From positions 12,457-76,456 of IMG/VR virus record IMGVR_UViG_3300030095_006531: a stretch of DNA of 64,000 bases; one strand, written 5' to 3'. The position numbers were made by a program, and so were the translations under genes. Every line of letters starts with the position of its first letter. The first letter of the stretch is position 1. The notes under the pieces were generated by a model. That model did no database searches, had not been told where the DNA came from, and saw only the letters and a list, made by a program, of their open reading frames with translations. Positions 8,148 to 15,805 of this stretch are shown piece by piece. Source of the stretch: a virus. Taxonomy: Duplodnaviria > Caudoviricetes.

Positions 8148-8978
8148 TTACTTAGTTTTTTTACTTTCGGAAATTAGTCGTTTTACCACTCGTTCGTAAA
8201 CACGACGTTTGATTTCTTCGATGACTTCGGGAGTAATTGTAGGTTTGCTTTCAACAATCTCCAAATCTAGTCCTTTAAGGGCGGCTTCGTAAAGTTCAGC
8301 ACTAACTTCTTCATCAAGATCTACGTCCATATCTACTTCCATCTCGTCATCGACAACCAAAGCATCATCAGAATCTCCAACTGCTCCACGAAGTTTGTCG
8401 GCCAACGCGATTATATCTTGTGCTTCATCGTCAGTAATAGTAACTTCGCCATCACTCATCGCGTCTGCGGCATCTAATTCGTCAGCTTCTTCGTCAGCTT
8501 CTTTATCTTCTGCGCCAAGCTCATCTTCGGTTGCATCCAATTCCGATTCCAACTCTTTCTTGTCATCATCATGGGCTTCTTCTTCCATATAATCGCGGTG
8601 ACTGCGAGATTCATCACCCTTATTTCCGCCATATTCTTCGTCAAGGTCTTCTTCTTCCTTCATATAATCACGATGACTGCGAGATTCGTCGCCTTTGTTG
8701 CCACCATATGGCTGCTCTTCTTTCATGTAGTCACGGTGACTGCGAGATTCATCACCCTTGTTTCCACCATAAGTTTCATCAAGCTCCTCTTCCTCTTGCA
8801 TATAATCACGACGGCTTCGGGATTCATCTCCCTTATTTCCACCATATGGATGACGTTTTTCGTCCAATGAGGTATATTTGTCACTAATGAAACCATCACC
8901 TAGTGCATCCATGTTTGCTAATTTCATCATGCGACGGACGGTTCCTTCATTTAATAGGGGCTTGTTTTTTTTTGCCAT
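8148..8978 (-). CDS. Acidic repeat-containing protein, probably a prohead core/internal protein
   Basis: Very acidic; four YGGNKGDESRS(H/R)RDYM repeats; late motif and SD upstream. Confidence 0.6.
   Translation of the reverse strand: MAKKNKPLLNEGTVRRMMKLANMDALGDGFISDKYTSLDEKRHPYGGNKGDESRSRRDYMQEEEELDETYGGNKGDESRSHRDYMKEEQPYGGNKGDESRSHRDYMKEEEDLDEEYGGNKGDESRSHRDYMEEEAHDDDKKELESELDATEDELGAEDKEADEEADELDAADAMSDGEVTITDDEAQDIIALADKLRGAVGDSDDALVVDDEMEVDMDVDLDEEVSAELYEAALKGLDLEIVESKPTITPEVIEEIKRRVYERVVKRLISESKKTK
8575..8846 (-). repeat. Four dispersed coding repeats, YGGNKGDESRS(H/R)RDYMxEE
   Basis: Near-identical peptide copies with synonymous DNA differences. Confidence 0.95.
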
Positions 8979-9018
8979 TTTGCGGGTTCTCCTTAACTTT
9001 TTAAAAGTCTTACTGCTA

Positions 9019-9026
9019 TAAATAGT
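9019..9026 (-). promoter_or_regulatory. Putative late promoter motif ACTATTTA
   Basis: Intergenic, 40 nt upstream of ATG 8978. Confidence 0.65.
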
Positions 9027-9048
9027 AGGTAAAATAGTAAAAAGCAGC

Positions 9049-9291
9049 TTATAAAATGTTGAAAATTGAGGTTAATCGGTTATTTAGTTTTTTTAGTGCT
9101 GCACTTTCAATTTGTTTAACCCTGGATGGGGTCAGATTGAGTCTTTCACCTATCTCTCTAAACACCAGTTTATCGTGTTTTTGTACCGAAATTTCACTAC
9201 AATTAAAATCTTCTGGGTAATCTATCCATAGCCTGCAATCCTTTGCTTTACAGCTTTCTTTTTTCTTTTTACACTCGTTATAACATGTCAT
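9049..9291 (-). CDS. Stand-alone sigma70 region-4 HTH protein with a Cys-rich N-terminus
   Basis: LVFREIGERLNLTPSRVKQIESAALKKL; five Cys in the first 31 aa. Confidence 0.8.
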   Translation of the reverse strand: MTCYNECKKKKESCKAKDCRLWIDYPEDFNCSEISVQKHDKLVFREIGERLNLTPSRVKQIESAALKKLNNRLTSIFNIL

Positions 9292-9608
9292 AGATCTGGG
9301 TGCTCCTTTTCTAAAATATCAAATATGTTTTCCACTTCCTCGTCTCCTAGGGCAAATTTATTTTTTGTTTCTTCAGCTTTTTTAATATTCGTCATCACTT
9401 TTTTTCTTTGAACATTATTTTGGATCGAATTGTCTTTTTTAAATTTATTAAGAAATAGTGCCAATTCGGGATCTCTATTGATATATCCATCCATAATTGC
9501 TCGGAAAAATTTTGCCTGAGTTAGGCTGTCATACTGTAGCTGAATTTTAAACTTGGCTTTAATGTTTTCATCTACAGTAAAAATAATTTTAACTTTTTTA
9601 TCACTCAT
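9288..9608 (-). CDS. Hypothetical protein, possibly ribbon-helix-helix DNA-binding
   Basis: KIIFTVDENIKAKFKIQL...LTQAKFFRAIM; TGATG coupling with Dam. Confidence 0.45.
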   Translation of the reverse strand: MSDKKVKIIFTVDENIKAKFKIQLQYDSLTQAKFFRAIMDGYINRDPELALFLNKFKKDNSIQNNVQRKKVMTNIKKAEETKNKFALGDEEVENIFDILEKEHPDL

Positions 9609-10099
9609 CACCTCTCCATTGTAAGTATTTTTGGGGTTGGCGACCATTGAAAACCTCCAAACTCAACCACTACAGAAGGGAAGGGTGCTGAATGGCTTGG
9701 CGCATCTGAATTAAGATTCTTAAACTTTAATCGACCCTTAATAAAATGAATCGCACTTGCATACTTCATAATGTACTCATGCCAGTATTTTGTGTCGGTT
9801 CGTGCCGGAATCAACAGAACAACTAAAGCTCCATTATTTGCTGATTCTTCAGCCGCTTTTTTGACCCAAGCACCTATATTTCCATATGGTGGATTGACAA
9901 ATACAACCTCGTCGGTCCAGGCTTTGGACAACCCATCATCCATAAGGGTATAATACTTGGAGCACTTATGATTGTTAGTAGTGGCACAAGGATCGAGAGT
10001 GAATTTATACTTTCTATTCAATTTATTATAAATGCTGTCTGGGGTTCCCCACTCATCACTTTTAGAACTAAATATCACCTTTTGACTTCGTGTATCCAT
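9608..10099 (-). CDS. Phage DNA N6-adenine methyltransferase
   Basis: DEWGTP, FTLDPCA, VFVNPPYG and LLIPARTDT motifs. Confidence 0.9.
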   Translation of the reverse strand: MDTRSQKVIFSSKSDEWGTPDSIYNKLNRKYKFTLDPCATTNNHKCSKYYTLMDDGLSKAWTDEVVFVNPPYGNIGAWVKKAAEESANNGALVVLLIPARTDTKYWHEYIMKYASAIHFIKGRLKFKNLNSDAPSHSAPFPSVVVEFGGFQWSPTPKILTMER

Positions 10100-10340
10100 C
10101 TTTCATCTCCTCCACTAATTTTTTCGCTGCCCCCCAACATTCAGGGCAATAAAGACGTACCTTCTCTTCTTTGACGACCACACTCCAAGACATTACCATA
10201 TCTTTATTTTTTTTATCAAATGCTTTTTGACACACCAAGCACTGATCTCCGAGTTTGTTAAAAAGGCCCACTTTTTTTTGCAGCTCTTTCTTGGCTTCTT
10301 TTTCTTTGTTTCGTTTGAGCTTTTTCTTTAAACTATTCAT
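10068..10340 (-). CDS. Small Zn-finger hypothetical protein
   Basis: CLVC...CPEC. Confidence 0.6.
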   Translation of the reverse strand: MNSLKKKLKRNKEKEAKKELQKKVGLFNKLGDQCLVCQKAFDKKNKDMVMSWSVVVKEEKVRLYCPECWGAAKKLVEEMKDGYTKSKGDI

Positions 10341-10833
10341 TTTTTTGTTTTTTTGCGTCGGTTGAACCTAATGCTCCGTCACCTCGTTCAGACATGGTAA
10401 TGGGCCACCAATCATACAGGTTTCCATTGCCTGTTTCCAATGCCCTAAAGTGAACTACAGGGATCATAACGGCTTGAGCGATTTTATCTCCCGGCTCTAC
10501 TACCTGCTGATCATTGCCAACATTATGTAGGTTGATAAAAACTTCTCCATCGTATCCACTATCAACAACACAAGCTCCCACAATCAAGGAACGCTTTGAT
10601 GCAACTCCCGAACGGTTTTTTATCTCCAGCATGTAACCGTGAGGAACGCCGAAGCGCAACCCTGTTGGAAGTAATTTGCTTTCGCCGGGTTTAACAATAA
10701 TTGCATCCACGGTCGGGCTTGGCAAAAAACCTTGAGGCTCTGGGTTAAAAAATAAATCCAACCCTGCATCGCTTGGGTTGGCTCGCTCGGGGGGTCGAGC
10801 AGTTGTTCTAACACGTGCATATTCTATAATCAT
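10333..10833 (-). CDS. dut: Trimeric dUTPase
   Basis: AGLDL, NRSG, VDSGYDGE, IAQ and RGDGALGST motifs. Confidence 0.95.
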   Translation of the reverse strand: MIIEYARVRTTARPPERANPSDAGLDLFFNPEPQGFLPSPTVDAIIVKPGESKLLPTGLRFGVPHGYMLEIKNRSGVASKRSLIVGACVVDSGYDGEVFINLHNVGNDQQVVEPGDKIAQAVMIPVVHFRALETGNGNLYDWWPITMSERGDGALGSTDAKKQKNE

Positions 10834-11148
10834 TTATCTCTCCTTAACATTTGGGTTTCTAAAACTAACCCATGACCGGAGCAGCTTGCCCCGACCAGGA
10901 CCTTCAGAGTGTTTGTTATACCACATCACCTTCCAGCCCATTTTTTTGTATTCATCTAAAATGGAATATTCATTCAGCAAGAAATCTTGCCATTCTGATG
11001 GAATATCCACTTCAATACCTTTTAAAGTATCTCTTTCTGAGCGTCTTGCCTTTATTTCTGCATTGAAAAGCTTAATAATATCATTCCTAGTTACTGGTTT
11101 GTTAATCACTTCCTCAAAGTCACTAATATTAATGTCGTAATCATCCAT
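10834..11148 (-). CDS. Hypothetical protein
   Basis: Abutting ORF. Confidence 0.55.
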   Translation of the reverse strand: MDDYDINISDFEEVINKPVTRNDIIKLFNAEIKARRSERDTLKGIEVDIPSEWQDFLLNEYSILDEYKKMGWKVMWYNKHSEGPGRGKLLRSWVSFRNPNVKER

Positions 11149-11367
11149 TTAAAAATACCTCTCACAGTAGTAAAAAAGTATCCAATCCCCTGACTGGGGA
11201 TCTTCAACCACTTCAAATTGTTTTACTTTCTTTTTTTCCATCCCGAGTTTGTTTCCATGCCGTGCGGCTCTTTCCATCAAATACTCTGAGATTCTTCCGG
11301 TTGCTTCATATTCCGCCTCATCTCTACCAACTATAAGTCGGTAGACCTCTAAAGTTTCTTCTTCCAT
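11149..11367 (-). CDS. Hypothetical protein
   Basis: Abutting ORF. Confidence 0.5.
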   Translation of the reverse strand: MEEETLEVYRLIVGRDEAEYEATGRISEYLMERAARHGNKLGMEKKKVKQFEVVEDPQSGDWILFYYCERYF

Positions 11368-11376
11368 AATAATAAT

Positions 11377-14300
11377 TTATCCTATTAGTTTAAAATTAGC
11401 CTTAATTGATCTGGTAGAGAAACCCCATTGTGGATCATATTGCAATTTAGAAACATATGGGCGGTTTATGTGTACCAATTCATTGGGCCTTACATTCCAA
11501 CACTTAATGTTTGTTATTTGACAAGTGTCATCAATGGCATTGATTATCCAAAAGGTTTTTCCGTTTCTTGTTTTTTTGGGAATCACTTCTCGTGGGACGA
11601 ACCAACACACCTGTAGATCCTTATCGTATTCGGCGATGGGAGGAACCTTGAGGTAGTTTAACCTTTCCTTAACCTTTTTATCAACAACAAGCTCAAATGG
11701 AAAAATACCAGTCAAACTTACAACATTTTCAATCTTTTCTTCCTCTGAAAAGTCATGTTCTGTTGCAAACTTTTTAATATTTTCGTCCAATTTCTTTTTG
11801 GTCTTTGGTCGATTATCGATAATAGACAACCACAGATGTCTACAATGTTTAAATCGGCTGTCAACAATGGTGTCACAAGCGCCAGATCGTACCAAGACAT
11901 CTAAAGATTTCTTGTTTAACTTTGAATAACTTATTTCTGGGTTGAAAAGTAACTCTTCCACTGTTTTGAAGGGTCTGTGTTCGAGAATTTGGTCCATGGC
12001 CTTATCGCCCAAGCCCTTGATGGAGGTTAGTGGTTGAACCAACTTATTGCCATTAGAGACATCCCAGTTTCTTCCTGATAGATTAATATTTACTTCCTGG
12101 ATTTCATAGCCCAAATTCTTAACAATGTTGATTGCCTTTTCTTTACGACTTTCTGGTTCCTTATTTAGGAACGCTGCGACCCATTCTAGTGGATGGTTGT
12201 CTAGTAACCATGCACATTGAAAGGATAATATACTATAACCCAGAGCATGAGACTTGTTAAAGCCATAACCACTGAAATACTCAAAAGTCTTCCAAAGAGC
12301 TTCCGCCTGCTTCTCTGCAATTCCCTTTTCTGCACATCCGTCCACAAACTTTTTATGTATTTTAAGCTTTTCCGTTGCACCCTTTCCTGTTCCTTTCTTA
12401 GTTAATAATTTACGTAAAAGATTTCCCTCATCCAATGAGATATTTTTACCTAGTCGGTGAGCCAAGAGAGCAATTTGTTCTTGAAAAATCAAAAAGCCAT
12501 ATGTCTCTTCTGTCACTTCTTGTACAATGGGGTGAATATACTTCACATAGTTGGGATTCTCTTTTGCCTCGACATAGCTCTTGTCCACCTTTGCACTTAA
12601 TGGTCCCGGTCGAAAAATAGAGGTAATAGCTGCAATATCTACCAGTGAGGTGGGTTTAGCTTGTTTGCAAAAACTTTGCGCCCCAGATTCAGTAAACTGA
12701 AAAATGCCCGCCCACTTACCCCTGTGGAAAATGTTTTGATAAATCTTTTGGTCGTCAAAGTCCATAGTATCTGGGTGTAGATTTTCTTCGTAAAACTTTT
12801 TAACCTGAGTAAATGCTGGTGTCTGGCCTGTTTTCTTTTCGATAATGCGAGAAATTGCATCCTCGATCATCCTAAGTGTACTGAGTCCCAAAATGTCAAA
12901 CTTGATAAAGCCCATTGGCTCCAGGTGTCTTACGTTTTGCCCTTCTGTCCATGGAGTCTGTCGTACACCACCAGAATAAATTAGTGGCATATATTTATTC
13001 AAGTCTTCACCCACAACCAACCCACCAGCATGGCGAGAACAGGAGCGCACTTGTCCCTTCAGCGTTTTAACATGTGGTTCGACCTGCGGATATTTCTTCA
13101 AAAATTCCTGTAAACTCTTGCTATACTTCATCAGTTCGTCAAACGTCGGATCATACACCCCTGCTTTAATCCCATGATCACGTTTGGCTGGGCCTGTTGC
13201 TTCAAACACCATCTTCTTGGTTACGAGATTAACTTCTTGATATGGAATATCGTAAAACTTAGAAATATCTTTAACCAAAGAACGTAACTGTAGTGTGTTC
13301 CAGTTTGAAATCGGAACCACATTGTCTTCGCCCCACTCCTCAATCAGTGCTTCTTTTAAAGACATTGGATCAGAAACATCATAGTCAATATCAGGATAGT
13401 CTTTTGCATCCGACCTTAAAAAGCGTGAAAAAAGAAGTCCATACTTGATTGGATCAACTTGGGTTATTCCAAGGACATATGCAACAAGTGAGCCACCAGC
13501 GGAACCTCGTGATGGTCCTGTGATTTGCATCGAAGAAGCCTTGTCTGAAATTGCTTTCATTGTTAGAAAATACCTGCTGAATCCTCTGTCCTTAATGACT
13601 TGAAGTTCATGCTGTAATCGCTCTATGTACTTGGGCTCATTAAGGCTTTTTGATTGCATACTGTTGGTTGATAGAACTGAAAGGGCTTCATCCTCAGACA
13701 TCCCTTCGGGAATAACAAACGAGGGCAAGCGTACTTTGTTGTCGGGATAAAACTTTTCGATTCTATTGTGGGCAATGTGATGAGTTCGAGAGATGGAATC
13801 CTTAATCAATTCATCATCAAACTTAAAACCCAATTCCGATGAATATTTTTTGTAGGATGCAAACATTTGATCACCATTCTTGGGGTAAAGTTCCATACCA
13901 TACTCCTCCAGATCATCAGCCATTTCACCAAAGAAAGCTGTTGCGCCTGGTCTGAATCGCTTGTAAAGCTCCCTTGACTTCCAGACATCTGGATTAAAAT
14001 AATGACTATCAGCAGTTGAAATCAGTTTGACATCATACTCTTTTGCAACTTGAATAATTAAACTATTTAGCTTCATTTGTGTTGGATGCTTGAACCATTG
14101 CAACTCTGCATACCAGCGATCACCCAAAATACGTTGCATATTTTCAGTAGTTTTACGCATTGCATTTAGGATGGCCTCATCCCCATTGTCCATGTTTTCC
14201 CACAAATCCCCGGCATAAACTCCACCCAAACAAGCAGAGGAAGCGATGATGCCTTCGTTGTGTTGTTGAAGTAGGTTATAGTCAATTCGCGGAAAGCGAT

Positions 14301-14769
14301 AAAAATTACCTGGCTTATATGATTGAGAAATTAGCTGAAATATATTATTCAGCCCTGTTTGGTTTTGTGCCAGAAGCACCAAATGTCTTCTACGATTAAG
14401 AATGTCTTTTACTGCTTTTGTTTCAGCCTCGTCTTCTACAGTAAAACCTCCGCTTGTATCAGCTTTTTTAGAGCCCTTTTCATTCTTACTTTGTTCATAC
14501 ACTCTTGACCACTCGTCCAAAGATGGTATAAAATATGCTTCACACCCATAAATTGGCTTGAAGTTTTTGCCCGCTTTATCCATTGACTTTGCGTGTAAGA
14601 CCTGATATGCTAGGCCATTACAGTTGCCATGATCTGTTAGAGCGAGAGCGTCACACCCATTTTGATAGGCAAAGTCCATGTGTTGTTGGGGAAACCCTAT
14701 AGCATCAAAGGGAGAGCCCGCAGTTGAGTGAGCATGTAATCCAACGAAGGGTATAGAAGACTTAATCAT
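11377..14769 (-). CDS. dnaE: DNA polymerase III alpha subunit (family C) with PHP domain
   Basis: PHP motifs HAHS/TDHG/TADSH; GPSRGSAGGSLVAY, PDIDYD, KFDILGL, FQEQI, YGFNKSH. Confidence 0.96.
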   Translation of the reverse strand: MIKSSIPFVGLHAHSTAGSPFDAIGFPQQHMDFAYQNGCDALALTDHGNCNGLAYQVLHAKSMDKAGKNFKPIYGCEAYFIPSLDEWSRVYEQSKNEKGSKKADTSGGFTVEDEAETKAVKDILNRRRHLVLLAQNQTGLNNIFQLISQSYKPGNFYRFPRIDYNLLQQHNEGIIASSACLGGVYAGDLWENMDNGDEAILNAMRKTTENMQRILGDRWYAELQWFKHPTQMKLNSLIIQVAKEYDVKLISTADSHYFNPDVWKSRELYKRFRPGATAFFGEMADDLEEYGMELYPKNGDQMFASYKKYSSELGFKFDDELIKDSISRTHHIAHNRIEKFYPDNKVRLPSFVIPEGMSEDEALSVLSTNSMQSKSLNEPKYIERLQHELQVIKDRGFSRYFLTMKAISDKASSMQITGPSRGSAGGSLVAYVLGITQVDPIKYGLLFSRFLRSDAKDYPDIDYDVSDPMSLKEALIEEWGEDNVVPISNWNTLQLRSLVKDISKFYDIPYQEVNLVTKKMVFEATGPAKRDHGIKAGVYDPTFDELMKYSKSLQEFLKKYPQVEPHVKTLKGQVRSCSRHAGGLVVGEDLNKYMPLIYSGGVRQTPWTEGQNVRHLEPMGFIKFDILGLSTLRMIEDAISRIIEKKTGQTPAFTQVKKFYEENLHPDTMDFDDQKIYQNIFHRGKWAGIFQFTESGAQSFCKQAKPTSLVDIAAITSIFRPGPLSAKVDKSYVEAKENPNYVKYIHPIVQEVTEETYGFLIFQEQIALLAHRLGKNISLDEGNLLRKLLTKKGTGKGATEKLKIHKKFVDGCAEKGIAEKQAEALWKTFEYFSGYGFNKSHALGYSILSFQCAWLLDNHPLEWVAAFLNKEPESRKEKAINIVKNLGYEIQEVNINLSGRNWDVSNGNKLVQPLTSIKGLGDKAMDQILEHRPFKTVEELLFNPEISYSKLNKKSLDVLVRSGACDTIVDSRFKHCRHLWLSIIDNRPKTKKKLDENIKKFATEHDFSEEEKIENVVSLTGIFPFELVVDKKVKERLNYLKVPPIAEYDKDLQVCWFVPREVIPKKTRNGKTFWIINAIDDTCQITNIKCWNVRPNELVHINRPYVSKLQYDPQWGFSTRSIKANFKLIG

Positions 14770-14775
14770 GTTCGT

Positions 14776-14804
14776 ATATTACACGATTAAAGAGAAGATG
14801 TCAA
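14776..14804 (-). promoter_or_regulatory. sigma70-type promoter, leaderless dnaE
   Basis: TTGACA-17nt-TAATAT; 6 nt to ATG 14769, no SD. Confidence 0.8.
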
Positions 14805-14809
14805 GAACT

Positions 14810-15052
14810 TTATTTGATATTTTGTTTTATTATTAGCAAAATATCACGACATTCTTTTGCCAAATCATCGCGGCGAGACTCAAAATAAAGATTCATGCGT
14901 TGTTGTAAAAAATTTGCCATGATTTTGTATATCTCTTGTTGCCCAACTAAAACGCCTTTTTCATAATTTTGCTTTATCAGTTTGTCCGCAAACTCCTTAT
15001 CATAGGTTGATTTATTATTTGATTTTGCGGGGGTTTTTTTTGCTGCTGCCAT
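14810..15052 (-). CDS. Hypothetical protein
   Basis: AAGGAG SD upstream. Confidence 0.65.
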   Translation of the reverse strand: MAAAKKTPAKSNNKSTYDKEFADKLIKQNYEKGVLVGQQEIYKIMANFLQQRMNLYFESRRDDLAKECRDILLIIKQNIK

Positions 15053-15120
15053 TACAATCTCCTTTATATAAATACACTCTAGTGCTGTCTTTTGTATTTA
15101 AAAAACTAATTATATGTGCA

Positions 15121-15543
15121 ATGGGATTTGGTGGCGGATTTTCTTCTTCAGCTTCAAGAGGTGGGCTTACAGTTGTAAGCGGCTCACACGGACAAGTATT
15201 AAGGTTTCACGAAGGTAAAGGTGCTGTCATCGGAAGTAATGATTTTACATTCGATCATGATACAAAAGCTGTGGGCTTGACAGGTTCGATGAGTTTAAAA
15301 GGTAATTTGTCCCACTCTGGCAGCATTACTCCCGAGTCTGGTGATCCTTTGGGGAATTCAAACAATAAGTATTCCGAAGTTCACACTAACAACTTTCATG
15401 CGGCAAATGTTTACACAGGCGATCTTCACATGAAAAACGAACGCGGTGACTGGACTGTTGTGGAAGAGAAGGATGCTTTAGTTGTTCGAAATAACTTAAC
15501 GGGCGAGCGTTTTAAGTTGATGATGGAAAAAATTAACGATTAA
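15121..15543 (+). CDS. Short tail-fibre-like protein
   Basis: Start ATG 15121; C-terminal NVYTGDLHMKNERGDWT domain shared with the next gene. Confidence 0.7.
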   Translation: MGFGGGFSSSASRGGLTVVSGSHGQVLRFHEGKGAVIGSNDFTFDHDTKAVGLTGSMSLKGNLSHSGSITPESGDPLGNSNNKYSEVHTNNFHAANVYTGDLHMKNERGDWTVVEEKDALVVRNNLTGERFKLMMEKIND

Positions 15544-15805
15544 AGTCGTTTTCTCTAAAACCCCTTAAAACACCCTCTAACTAACTTTATAATGGCTTTT
15601 AAGTTTTTTCTCATTATAATAAAAAAACATATATTTTTTTTCTTAAGCACTATTGATAGGTTAAGAAAAAAACACAGATTTGTTTCTCGATTGCGCCTCG
15701 AAAGGTTGCTGGCAACACTACTTAGGGACTGAACGCAATGACTTTCAATCGGGGAACTTTCGGGAACGTTCAAATTTAAACACATATTTTAGGAGGAAAA
15801 AAAAT

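Noticed and set aside
8575-8846. Repeats read as a mini-CRISPR array
   Set aside because: They are in-frame coding repeats with synonymous variation and variable acidic linkers.
15680-15805. N-terminal extension of the fibre ORF given in the track
   Set aside because: A strong AGGAGG SD precedes ATG 15806, and the upstream part is not protein-like.
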